Assembly: GCA_964477825.1 (NCBI GenBank) | Contig: CAYZEW010000003.1 | Coordinates: 28,715 to 52,714, forward strand | Direction: 5' to 3' | Length of the DNA: 24,000 bases | From: an uncultured Candidatus Izemoplasmatales bacterium | Lineage (GTDB): Bacteria > Bacillota_I > Bacilli_A > Izemoplasmatales > Izemoplasmataceae | In this document: positions 1-8,076 of the stretch, piece after piece | How positions within the stretch are numbered: position 1 is the stretch's first letter | How the letters are laid out: the number at the start of each line of letters is the position of its first letter | The notes under the pieces: model-generated | Told to the model about the DNA's origin: nothing | The model's database searches: none | The model's input: only the letters and a program-made list of their open reading frames with translations | Position numbers and translations under genes: made by a program

Positions 1-176
1 TTATAATAAGGCGATGACACCTTTGCATAAACTGCTTCATAAGTAATTCTATTGATTGATGAAATCACTTTAATCTCTTCTTTTGTTGCTTGATATTTTG
101 CTTCCTTTATTAAAATCTTAATTAATGGTTTTATTTCTTTTAAATCGATACTGTTTAAATATATTTTACGTTTCAT
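1..176 (-). CDS. MoeA-like protein, N-terminal fragment (gene continues beyond the left edge)
   Basis: Not in the ORF track because it is truncated. ATG at 174-176 has AGGTGA 5 nt upstream and lies 1 nt after the stop of the upstream moeA. It reads MKRKIYLNSIDLKEIKPLIKILIKEAKYQATKEEIKVISSINRITYEAVYAKVSSPYY... with no stop to position 1. The spacing ...NRI-x-x-E-x-V-x-A-x-x-x-x-P-x-Y resembles the MoeA N-terminal domain. Assignment is tentative. Confidence 0.4.
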   Translation of the reverse strand, partial: MKRKIYLNSIDLKEIKPLIKILIKEAKYQATKEEIKVISSINRITYEAVYAKVSSPYY

Positions 177-177
177 C

Positions 178-1407
178 CTAATCACCTAACCGATATACTT
201 TGACTTTTTCACCAGCTGTTTTTCCCTCAACAAATTCATCAATAATAATATAACCACTTGCTTCTTTTAAAGCATTTATCATTCCTGATTTTGCAAATAA
301 TGGAGTTGCAATTAATTTATTATCTTGATTGTATTCTACTTTTACTAATTGATACATTCTTCTTCCTGTGACTGAATGGACATTTAAACTTAAAATAGCT
401 TCAATATAAGGAGAAGGCATAACCTTATCAAGGTGATAAATAGTATTGATAATAGTATCAATAAAAGTATTTAAAACAAAGAAGGCACTAGTAGGTTGCC
501 CTGGGAGTCCTAAAAATAATTTATTTTGATACTTAGCTATGATTGTTGGTTTACCCGGTTTAATATTAACTCCATGAACTAATAATTTAGCTCCTAGACT
601 TTTTAAAATGGCATAAGTATAATCTTTATCTCCAACACTACTTCCTCCACTCGTCACAACAATATCAGCCTTTTCAAAGCCTTTCATTACTGCTGCTTTA
701 TATAAATCAAAATGATCATTAATAATCTTATTATCAATGATTTCAATCCTTTTGTTTTTTAAGTAATTACTAATTGTATAACTGTTAATATCTCTTATTT
801 CACCAATTTCTAAATGGGCTTTATTTTTAACTATTTCATCGCCTGTTGAAATTAGTGAAACTTTTAGCTTCTCATATACTTCTATTTCTTCTCTTCCTAG
901 TGCTTTTAAGGCCCCAATTACTAAAGGAGTTATTAAAGTGTTTTTATTTAACACTTTGCTTCCCACTTTAATATCAGTTCCTTTTTGAAGAGTGTTTTCC
1001 CACATTGTAACACTTTTATTAATTATAATTTCATCATTTAATTGGTCAGTATTTTCAATCATTACAACACTATTTGCCCCACTTGGCAAATGTCCGCCTG
1101 TTGGAACATAAACAGTAGTCTCTTCATCAACATTCACTTGTGATGCTTTTCCCATTTTGACTTCACCAACTAATTTTAAAATAGTTGGTGTTGCGTTTGT
1201 AGCTAATTTAACACTATTAAAATCAACGGCATAGCCATCAACGATTGAACGATTAAAATGCGGGACATCCTCATGAGAAATAATATCATTTGCAGAAACA
1301 TAATTTAAAGCATCTTCTACTTTTATTTTAAACTTTTTTAATTGATAATCTTTAAAGTTATCTTTTAATATTTTGATTGTTTCATCTATTGATTTTACGA
1401 GAAACAT
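178..1407 (-). CDS. moeA: Molybdopterin molybdenum/tungsten transferase MoeA
   Basis: 409-aa ORF with AGGAGG 6 nt upstream of the ATG at 1405-1407. MoeA hallmarks are VPHFNRSIVDGYAV in the N-terminal part and VVTSGGSSVGDKDY in the MoCF-binding domain. Its start overlaps the tupC stop, so it is operonic with the tungstate transporter. Confidence 0.85.
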   Translation of the reverse strand: MFLVKSIDETIKILKDNFKDYQLKKFKIKVEDALNYVSANDIISHEDVPHFNRSIVDGYAVDFNSVKLATNATPTILKLVGEVKMGKASQVNVDEETTVYVPTGGHLPSGANSVVMIENTDQLNDEIIINKSVTMWENTLQKGTDIKVGSKVLNKNTLITPLVIGALKALGREEIEVYEKLKVSLISTGDEIVKNKAHLEIGEIRDINSYTISNYLKNKRIEIIDNKIINDHFDLYKAAVMKGFEKADIVVTSGGSSVGDKDYTYAILKSLGAKLLVHGVNIKPGKPTIIAKYQNKLFLGLPGQPTSAFFVLNTFIDTIINTIYHLDKVMPSPYIEAILSLNVHSVTGRRMYQLVKVEYNQDNKLIATPLFAKSGMINALKEASGYIIIDEFVEGKTAGEKVKVYRLGD

Positions 1408-1985
1408 ATTTTTCCTCCTAAGTAGTATTCTTCATCGATTAGTTCTTCAATAAAGGTTTTATTATGACTTACAATAATAAAAGTTATTTGGTTTTTTAGT
1501 TTCTTAATTAAATTTGAGAGTTCAGTAATTGATTCTAAATCAAGATGCGTTGTTGGTTCATCTAATAATACTATCTCAGGATTAAAAATGATACTTCTAA
1601 TAATCGCGACTTTCATTTTTTCACCAGATGATAATTTAAGCGCGTTTTTGTTTAACAAATGATCAATACTTAATACTTTAGCATATTCCATTATTTTTTC
1701 TTGATATAAAGAAATATCCAATTTTCTGATTTTAAGCGGGTAAATGATGTTTTCAAAAACACTTCTATTAAAAATAACCGCTTCTTGAGAGTTATAGGTA
1801 ATTACCCCATTAACTTTAATCTTTCCTTCATATTCAATTAATGAAGCAATTGCTTTTAATAAGGTTGTTTTTCCCGCTCCATTTCTTCCACTAATTACTG
1901 AAATCTTATTCTTTTTAAAGTGATAATCTTCAAATTTAAAAGTAATTGTTTTATATTTTACAACTAAGTTGTTTATCTCAATCAT
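1395..1985 (-). CDS. tupC: Tungstate ABC transporter ATP-binding protein (TupC-like)
   Basis: Walker A GRNGAGKTT, signature LSSGEKMKV, Walker B VLLDEPTTHLD. The track start (GTG 1994) is probably an extension. ATG at 1983-1985 has GAGGTG 6 nt upstream and overlaps the tupB stop (ATGATTGA). It is a short, roughly 196-aa single-domain ATPase, as in Tup systems. Confidence 0.8.
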   Translation of the reverse strand: MIEINNLVVKYKTITFKFEDYHFKKNKISVISGRNGAGKTTLLKAIASLIEYEGKIKVNGVITYNSQEAVIFNRSVFENIIYPLKIRKLDISLYQEKIMEYAKVLSIDHLLNKNALKLSSGEKMKVAIIRSIIFNPEIVLLDEPTTHLDLESITELSNLIKKLKNQITFIIVSHNKTFIEELIDEEYYLGGKICFS

Positions 1986-2661
1986 AAAAATCACCTCTAA
2001 ACTTAGCTAATAATGTATGTAAAATAAAGGCAATTAATAATAAAATGATTCCCATAGCGATAGAACTAGAATATTCTCCCATACTGTTATTTAATGCTAT
2101 GTAAGTTGTCATAACTCTTGTGTCATTCTTTATATTCCCCCCTACAAGCATAACTGCTCCTACTTCACTTATTGCCCGTGAAAATCCTAAAATAATACTC
2201 ATTAGAATAAAGGGTTTAATTTCTTTTATTAAAAGGGTTATTTTATCTATTTTATTTGCTCCTAAAGTAGTAGCTGTTTCTAAGATCTTTTTTTGTGTTT
2301 TCTCACTAGAAATAATAATATTTCCGGTTATAATTGGTAAAACCAGCAATGTCTGGGCAAGAAACATTGCTGATTTTGTAAACAATAAATTAAGGTTGTC
2401 AAATGGTCCGGTTATAAAAAGTAAAACGATTAAACCAAGGACAACTGGTGGTATTCCCATAAAAGTAAAAACAAGCTTTTTTGTAAATCTTTTTAGCTTA
2501 AAATCAGAAATACTAATTAATATTCCCAGTAATGTTCCAAAGAAAGAAGCCACTATTGTCGCTAAAATAGAAATTGCTAAAGAAAGAAATATGATTGAAT
2601 ATATTTCTTTATCAAATGAAAATAACAATTCAAAAGCTTTAATAGTACTTTCTAAAATCAT
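1978..2661 (-). CDS. tupB: Tungstate ABC transporter permease (TupB-like)
   Basis: 227-aa polytopic membrane protein with a binding-protein-dependent permease loop (TATTLGANKIDKITLLIKEIKP). The ATG directly abuts the tupA TAG stop. Confidence 0.8.
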   Translation of the reverse strand: MILESTIKAFELLFSFDKEIYSIIFLSLAISILATIVASFFGTLLGILISISDFKLKRFTKKLVFTFMGIPPVVLGLIVLLFITGPFDNLNLLFTKSAMFLAQTLLVLPIITGNIIISSEKTQKKILETATTLGANKIDKITLLIKEIKPFILMSIILGFSRAISEVGAVMLVGGNIKNDTRVMTTYIALNNSMGEYSSSIAMGIILLLIAFILHTLLAKFRGDFYD

Positions 2662-3450
2662 CTAATCACCAGCATTCGGATAAAATAGTTGTTCATCATA
2701 CATAATATATGTTGCGATAAGGTCTTGAGTATCTTGGCTGATAATCCAATCATAAAATAAATCAGCATATTCCTCATTACGATTATGTAAATCGGGATTA
2801 ACTTTAATAACTCCATATTGATTTTTTAATTCTTCCCGATTTTCATAAGCAATTATTAAATCTAGATTATCTTTCATTGAAAGGTATGTTGCTCGATCAC
2901 TTAAAGTGTAATATCCACTAAGAGATGCCATCGTCAATGTCGCTCCCATCCCTTGGCCTGTTTCATGATACCAATTCCCAAAAGTTGTTACGTCATAATT
3001 ATATTGATTCCAAATTGACAACTCTTTTTGATGAGTTCCAGAATTATCTCCTCTTGAATAAAAATCAAGTTCTTGTGATGTCATAAATTCTAATGCGTCA
3101 GCTAATGTATCTCCTTCTAAATCAAATGGACCTACAATAATGAAATCATTATACATAATATTATGACGTTTTTCACCATACCCATTATTTACAAATTCTA
3201 TTTCACGATCATACGCATGTACTAGTAAAATGTCAGCTTCTCCCATTTCACCCATTTCTAGTGCTGCGCCCGTTCCTAAAGCAACTACTTTTACAAATAT
3301 CCCATATTCTTCTTCAAACACAGGAAGAATATAATCAAGTAATCCACTATTATCTAGTGATGTTGTTGTTACAATAAGTAGTTCTTTTTTTGAACAAGCA
3401 CTCAAAGTAAAAACTAATAATACTCCTAACAAAACAATAATTTTTTTCAT
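2662..3450 (-). CDS. tupA: Tungstate-binding lipoprotein TupA
   Basis: Signal peptide with lipobox (VFTLSAC). The mature protein starts ...LLIVTTTSLDNSGLLDYILP, carrying the TTTS motif that I recall as characteristic of TupA oxyanion binders. AAGGAAGG RBS. Sits downstream of a Moco-type riboswitch. Confidence 0.8.
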   Translation of the reverse strand: MKKIIVLLGVLLVFTLSACSKKELLIVTTTSLDNSGLLDYILPVFEEEYGIFVKVVALGTGAALEMGEMGEADILLVHAYDREIEFVNNGYGEKRHNIMYNDFIIVGPFDLEGDTLADALEFMTSQELDFYSRGDNSGTHQKELSIWNQYNYDVTTFGNWYHETGQGMGATLTMASLSGYYTLSDRATYLSMKDNLDLIIAYENREELKNQYGVIKVNPDLHNRNEEYADLFYDWIISQDTQDLIATYIMYDEQLFYPNAGD

Positions 3451-3472
3451 AACTTGCCTTCCTTATTAAAAT

Positions 3473-3512
3473 AAAAAAAAGATTTTTCACACCTAAAAAG
3501 GAGTAAAAAATC
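3473..3512 (-). terminator. Intrinsic terminator forming the expression platform of the upstream riboswitch
   Basis: Minus-strand RNA GAUUUUUUACUC-CUUUUUAG-GUGUGAAAAAUC forms a stem of about 10 bp followed by U8. It lies between the aptamer and the tupA RBS. Confidence 0.55.
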
Positions 3513-3514
3513 TA

Positions 3515-3615
3515 ACATCCTTTCCAAGCACGGGAGGTATAGGCATTTCTAACTATACCCAATGGTTTGCAATCATAATTACCGATAACCTTAGATTAAC
3601 AAACTCGGAATATTT
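3515..3615 (-). promoter_or_regulatory. Molybdenum/tungsten cofactor (Moco RNA motif) riboswitch aptamer
   Basis: The minus-strand RNA contains the remembered conserved blocks of the Moco motif in order: AUUCCGAG ... GCCUAUACCUCCCG ... UGGAAAGGAUG. Foldable stems are CCGAG/CUUGG (closing), GUUUG...CAAAC enclosing AAUC...GAUU, and a 7-bp GGUAUAG/CUAUACC hairpin. It sits in the 5' leader of tupABC-moeA, a typical genomic context. Not confirmed with a covariance model. Confidence 0.55.
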
Positions 3616-3629
3616 TTTTAACTGTCTTC

Positions 3630-3658
3630 ATAATATCACATTATTTTATTTTAATAAA
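3630..3658 (-). promoter_or_regulatory. Candidate promoter of the riboswitch-tupABC-moeA operon
   Basis: Minus strand has an extended -10 TGaTATTAT (-10 at 3630-3635). A weak -35 TTTATT lies 17 nt upstream. This places the TSS a few nt before the aptamer. Confidence 0.35.
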
Positions 3659-3706
3659 TAACTTTAGGATTATTTATAATAAAAATTCCTTATTTGAAAT
3701 TTATTG

Positions 3707-3735
3707 TTGAAAACGCTACCACGTAGGAGTATAAT
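3707..3735 (+). promoter_or_regulatory. Sigma-A promoter of the aor operon
   Basis: TTGAAA (3707-3712), a 17-nt spacer, then TATAAT (3730-3735), about 36 nt upstream of the aor ATG. The leader is too short for a riboswitch. Confidence 0.6.
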
Positions 3736-3771
3736 AATAGTAAGAAAAATAATCTAAAGGGAGGCTTTAAA

Positions 3772-5559
3772 ATGTTTGGTTATATGGGCAAACTTCTAAG
3801 AATCAACTTAACAGACAATACTATTAAGGTTGAGGACTTAGATTTCGAACTAGCAAAGAAATACGTTGGTGGTCGGGGACTGGGAACTAAGATACTTTTT
3901 GATGAGATAGACCCGAAAATTGATGCTTTAAGTCCAGAAAATAAATTAATTTTTATTAATGGGCCATTAACAGGAACACCTACCCCTACAGGGGGAAGAT
4001 ACATGGTAGTTACAAAATCACCATTATCTGGTACAATCGCATCATCTAACTCTGGAGGTACTTGGGGAGCAAGACTTAAGTATGCTGGTTATGATGGCGT
4101 TATTGTAGAAGGAAAAGCAAAATCACCAGTTTATATTGCCATTAATAATAGTGATGTTGAAATTAAAGACGCCGCGCATATTTGGGGTAAAATGGTTGGT
4201 GAAGCTACTGATATCTTAATGGAAGATAAAAAAAGAACTAATGTTCTTGCTATCGGACCTGCGGGTGAAAAACTAAGTAAAGTAGCAGCAATTATGAATG
4301 ATAAAGACAGAGCAGCTGGACGTAGTGGTGTTGGTGCTGTTATGGGAAGTAAAAACTTAAAAGCAATTATCGTAACAGGAAACTTAAAAGTTAGTTTATT
4401 TGATAAAGACGCTGTTAAAGCACATGTTAAAGATGCTGACAAACTATTAAAAGATAACCCAGTTACAGGACAAGGATTACCTGCTTATGGTACTGCTGTA
4501 CTGGTTAACGTAATAAACGCAAATGGTATTTTACCAACTAATAATTTCCAAGAAGGTGTTTTCTTAAGTGCTGAAGATATCTCAGGGGAAACTCTTGCTG
4601 AAAAATATTTAGTAAGAAAAGATCCATGTCACCGTTGTACTATTGGTTGTGGTCGTTATACTAAAACTGATAAAGTTGAAGGTGGAGGACCAGAATACGA
4701 AACAATTTGGGCATTTGGAGCAGATTGTGGTGTTAAAAATTTAGAAAACATTATTGAAGCTAACTGGTGGTGTAACCAACTAGGTGTTGATACAATTTCT
4801 ACCGGTTCTACTTTAGCAGCTGCGATGGAATTAAAATCAAGAGGCTTATTAGATCATATTGATTTTGAAGGACATCCACTTGATTTTGGAAATGACGACG
4901 CAATTGTTTATTGGACTAAAAAATTAGCTAAAAGAGAAGGTTTTGGAGATGAAATGGCTGACGGATCTTACCGTTTATGTGAAAAATATGGTAGAGCTGA
5001 TTTATCTATGACTGTAAAGAAATTAGAAATTCCAGCATATGACCCACGTGGTGTTCAAGGACAAGGATTAAACTTTGCAACTTCTAACCGTGGTGGATGT
5101 CATGTACGTGGTTATATGATTTCTCCAGAAATCTTAGGATTACCAGCAAAACTTGAACGTAGAGCAATTGAAGATAAACCTTTCTGGACAAAAACATTCC
5201 AAGATCTTACTGCCTTTATTGATTCAATTGGATTATGCTTATTCACTTCATTTGCTTTAGGTGCTGATGAATATGCTGAAATTTATAACGCTGTCGTTGG
5301 TACTAACTGGACAGGTGATGACATCTTGAAAGCAGGAGAAAGAATTTACACATTAGAAAAACAATTTAATATTGCCGCAGGTATTTTACCTGAAGAAGAT
5401 ACATTACCAAGCAGATTACTTACTGTACCTTTACCAAGTGGTCCTTCAGAAGGTGAAGTGCATCACTTAGACAAATTGTTACCTAAATATTATGAACTTA
5501 GAGGTTGGGATTCTTTAGGTATTCCTACAAAAGAAAGACTTAAGGAATTAGATTTATAA
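3772..5559 (+). CDS. aor: Tungsten-containing aldehyde:ferredoxin oxidoreductase (AOR family)
   Basis: 595 aa with the AOR-type N-terminus MFGYMGKLLRINLTDNTIKVEDL. [4Fe-4S] motif DPCHRCTIGC (CX2CX3C at residues 286/289/293), with a fourth Cys in DSIGLCLF. Two pterin-binding D-x-x-G-(L/V)-(D/C) motifs (LGVDTIS, DSIGLC). RBS GGGAGG. Confidence 0.9.
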   Translation: MFGYMGKLLRINLTDNTIKVEDLDFELAKKYVGGRGLGTKILFDEIDPKIDALSPENKLIFINGPLTGTPTPTGGRYMVVTKSPLSGTIASSNSGGTWGARLKYAGYDGVIVEGKAKSPVYIAINNSDVEIKDAAHIWGKMVGEATDILMEDKKRTNVLAIGPAGEKLSKVAAIMNDKDRAAGRSGVGAVMGSKNLKAIIVTGNLKVSLFDKDAVKAHVKDADKLLKDNPVTGQGLPAYGTAVLVNVINANGILPTNNFQEGVFLSAEDISGETLAEKYLVRKDPCHRCTIGCGRYTKTDKVEGGGPEYETIWAFGADCGVKNLENIIEANWWCNQLGVDTISTGSTLAAAMELKSRGLLDHIDFEGHPLDFGNDDAIVYWTKKLAKREGFGDEMADGSYRLCEKYGRADLSMTVKKLEIPAYDPRGVQGQGLNFATSNRGGCHVRGYMISPEILGLPAKLERRAIEDKPFWTKTFQDLTAFIDSIGLCLFTSFALGADEYAEIYNAVVGTNWTGDDILKAGERIYTLEKQFNIAAGILPEEDTLPSRLLTVPLPSGPSEGEVHHLDKLLPKYYELRGWDSLGIPTKERLKELDL

Positions 5560-5567
5560 AAAAAGTT

Positions 5568-5595
5568 AAGGAATGAATAATTTTATTCATTCCTT
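5568..5595 (+). other. Perfect 13-nt inverted repeat (hairpin) between aor and the maturase gene
   Basis: AAGGAATGAATAA (5568-5580) pairs with TTATTCATTCCTT (5583-5595). An A-run lies upstream and only a weak U-tract downstream on the plus strand. Confidence 0.7.
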
Positions 5596-5604
5596 CTTAA
5601 TATT

Positions 5605-6630
5605 ATGAAAAAAGTATATATAGAGTTAACTAATAGATGCAATTTAAACTGTGCAATGTGCTACAGACATTCTTGGGAAAATACTTTAGGTGATATGAGT
5701 ATCGAAATAATAGATAAAATTAGTGACCATTTAAAAGGGACAAAAGGCATTGTTTTTGGAGGAATTGGTGAACCAACAATAGCTAAACAATTTGAATATG
5801 CTGTTGAAAAGTTCAAACAATACGACTTAGAAATTACTACTAACGGAATTATCCGTAAATCTGCAATAGAAATATTATGTAAAAACTTTAAAAAAGTCAT
5901 TATTAGTGTCGATGGTACTGAAGATGATTATTTTTCAGTACGTAAAACAGAGTTTTCTCACATAAAAGAAACGATCGAATTAATCAACGCTTGTAAAAAA
6001 CGTCATAACTCAAGATTACCTTCAATCGAGTTTGCTTTTGTATTAACAAGATCAAACAAAAACACCATTTATAAAGTAATTGATTTCGCAAACAAATATG
6101 ATGTTGATAAACTGCTAGTATCTCATTTACTCCCCCAAAACAAAGAACAAACAAAAGATATCTTTTATACAAAAGATTATAATTATGAAGGCCATGAATA
6201 TATGAAATTAGTTAGTAAATATGCGATTTATGGTCATAAAGTCAATCTAGCTTTTCCTTATATGGAGATCAAAACAGAAAGATACTGTCAATTCGTAGAA
6301 AACGATTATACTTATGTTGATTATTCAGGAGACGTTATTCCTTGTTATCGTTTTGCTAACACCTATACTGAGTGGGTATTTGACCGTGAAAAGACTGTTT
6401 TAAAACATTCTTTTGGAAATATCTTAAAAGCTAATATTGATGAAATATATTATGGTAAAGAATATACCGAATTTAGACAAAGCGTTTTAAATACTAAACA
6501 TCCAAGTTGTGTAGATTGTGAATATGAAGATAGTTGTAGTTTTATTGAAACAACTGAATTTGATTGTTTAAGTTATTCTCCAAGTTGTGCAGATTGCTTA
6601 TGGAATAGAAATATTATAAAATGTACTTAG
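5605..6630 (+). CDS. Radical SAM/SPASM-domain protein (AOR-associated tungsten-cofactor oxidoreductase maturase family)
   Basis: N-terminal CNLNCAMCY (CX3CX2C). The C-terminal region holds a SPASM-type CX13GX4C (CQFVENDYTYVDYSGDVIPC), then CVDCEYEDSC and CADC...C, with at least 9 Cys in the last ~115 aa. It lies directly downstream of aor and upstream of the MoaD/ThiF pair. Confidence 0.8.
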   Translation: MKKVYIELTNRCNLNCAMCYRHSWENTLGDMSIEIIDKISDHLKGTKGIVFGGIGEPTIAKQFEYAVEKFKQYDLEITTNGIIRKSAIEILCKNFKKVIISVDGTEDDYFSVRKTEFSHIKETIELINACKKRHNSRLPSIEFAFVLTRSNKNTIYKVIDFANKYDVDKLLVSHLLPQNKEQTKDIFYTKDYNYEGHEYMKLVSKYAIYGHKVNLAFPYMEIKTERYCQFVENDYTYVDYSGDVIPCYRFANTYTEWVFDREKTVLKHSFGNILKANIDEIYYGKEYTEFRQSVLNTKHPSCVDCEYEDSCSFIETTEFDCLSYSPSCADCLWNRNIIKCT

Positions 6631-6640
6631 GTGATAAATT

Positions 6641-6874
6641 ATGATTACAGTAAAATTATATTCTGCGATAAGAAAATATGGTGGAAAAGAAGTGATGTTT
6701 GAATACTACGATGGGATGACAATAAGAGATATTATTACTGAATTGAAAATCCCTTTAAAAGAGATATCTATTATTATTTTAGATCATTTTGATAGTACTA
6801 CTGACATTATGATTGATAGGAAAGTTAAAGAGTCTTCTTTAATTCACCTTTTTCCCCCAATGGCTGGTGGTTAA
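6641..6874 (+). CDS. MoaD/ThiS-family ubiquitin-fold sulfur carrier
   Basis: 77 aa ending ...FPPMAGG-stop (C-terminal Gly-Gly). RBS AGGTGA. It lies immediately upstream of an E1-like adenylyltransferase. Confidence 0.75.
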   Translation: MITVKLYSAIRKYGGKEVMFEYYDGMTIRDIITELKIPLKEISIIILDHFDSTTDIMIDRKVKESSLIHLFPPMAGG

Positions 6875-6875
6875 A

Positions 6876-7550
6876 ATGGAACAAGATAGTAGAAATATGG
6901 GGATTTTAAACTTAGAAGAACTCCAAATAATTAAAAATACTAATGTCCTAGTTGTAGGGGCAGGCGGATTGGGTGGTTATATTTGTAGTAGTTTAATTCG
7001 CCTTGGTATAAAGAATATTACTATCATTGATGATGATAATTTTGAACTTTCTAATCTGAATCGGCAAATTTTTTCAACTACAAAAACAGTAAATAAATCG
7101 AAAGTCAAAGTAACAAAGGAAAAATTATTAGAAATTAATCCTAATGCTATCATCAAAATCCTTCAAATGAAATATGATAAAACTATTAATAAAGCTTTAT
7201 ATCCTTCTATTGATATTGTTTTTGATGCTGTTGATAATATTGAAACAAAACTTTTATTAGAACACCATTGTTCTATCTATAACAAACCATTAATTCATGG
7301 TGCTATTGGTGGATGGTATGGTCAAATAGGAATTATCTTACCAAACTCATATATCTTAAAAGAAATTTATAAAGATAAAGTTTATGGGATTGAAAAGACA
7401 TTAAAAAGTCCTACCTTTATCCCTGGAATTGTTGGTAATATGATGATTAGTGAATTTTTGAAATTTCAATTGCATAAAGACGCTTTAACTAATAAAATTT
7501 TCTTTATCGATGTTCTCGATCATGAGTATCGAATAATCCACCAAAAATAA
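6876..7550 (+). CDS. ThiF/MoeB/HesA-family E1-like adenylyltransferase
   Basis: Rossmann nucleotide motif VLVVGAGGLGGYICSSL and ELSNLNRQ. The track start (GTG 6867) overlaps the MoaD-like gene. ATG at 6876-6878 sits 1 nt after that gene's TAA. At about 224 aa it has no rhodanese domain. Confidence 0.8.
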   Translation: MEQDSRNMGILNLEELQIIKNTNVLVVGAGGLGGYICSSLIRLGIKNITIIDDDNFELSNLNRQIFSTTKTVNKSKVKVTKEKLLEINPNAIIKILQMKYDKTINKALYPSIDIVFDAVDNIETKLLLEHHCSIYNKPLIHGAIGGWYGQIGIILPNSYILKEIYKDKVYGIEKTLKSPTFIPGIVGNMMISEFLKFQLHKDALTNKIFFIDVLDHEYRIIHQK

Positions 7551-7564
7551 TTTATTTATATCTT

Positions 7565-7600
7565 AAAAAGGAAGTTCAATCTAACTTGAACTTCCTTTAA
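7565..7600. terminator. Bidirectional intrinsic terminator
   Basis: 13-bp stem AAAGGAAGTTCAA (7567-7579) / TTGAACTTCCTTT (7586-7598) with A/T runs on both sides. It lies between two convergent genes. Confidence 0.75.
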
Positions 7601-7614
7601 TATTAATATCTTTA

Positions 7615-7947
7615 TTATTCAGGATAATACTCTGTTATAATACACTCTCCTGAGTTATATATAGTATTTAAATAATTCTCTACACTTTCGCCATTAAGAA
7701 AAGCTTGTTCTTGAATTTCATCTAACTCTAGATCTCCTTGCATTACATCATTAACGTAATACTGATAAATACCATCATCCTTATAAAGATATTTATAAAC
7801 GTTATCATCAACCGTACAAGTAGCAACCATTGTTCCTTCAGGCGCTTCCCATTCATCTGGTGGAGCAAGGAGTCTTTCTCGGATACCACAACTACTTAAA
7901 AAAACAATAGTAATAATAATTATCATTACTTCTAACCTTTTTTTCAT
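7615..7947 (-). CDS. Small lipoprotein, unknown function
   Basis: 110 aa. Signal peptide with lipobox VFLSSCG. RBS AAAGGAGG. No family recognised. Confidence 0.6.
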   Translation of the reverse strand: MKKRLEVMIIIITIVFLSSCGIRERLLAPPDEWEAPEGTMVATCTVDDNVYKYLYKDDGIYQYYVNDVMQGDLELDEIQEQAFLNGESVENYLNTIYNSGECIITEYYPE

Positions 7948-7979
7948 CTGGTTTACCTCCTTTATATCCTTGTACTTTC

Positions 7980-8008
7980 ATTATAGCTTTTTCTTCATTT
8001 CAAAACAA
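7980..8008 (-). promoter_or_regulatory. Candidate promoter of the lipoprotein gene
   Basis: Minus strand has TTGTTT (8003-8008), a 17-nt spacer, then TATAAT (7980-7985). Confidence 0.45.
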
Positions 8009-8076
8009 ATAATATTAAAATTACCTATAAATTATATTATTGATATGTTACAATTTTTATATTCAGGAGTGGTAAT

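Noticed and set aside
178-3450. Alternative reading of the ABC system as a molybdate (ModABC) or sulfate transporter.
   Set aside because: The binding protein carries the TTTS motif near its mature N-terminus and the ATPase is the short single-domain Tup type without a ModC-like C-terminal Mop domain. The operon also sits back-to-back with a tungstoenzyme cassette. Tungstate is therefore favoured, though anion specificity cannot be proven from sequence alone.
5568-5595. The aor-maturase hairpin read as a minus-strand terminator, since the stem is followed by U7 on the minus strand.
   Set aside because: No minus-strand gene or promoter reads into this position from downstream. The region 5605-7550 is occupied by plus-strand genes with strong motifs. 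The U7 is simply the complement of the A-run after the aor stop.
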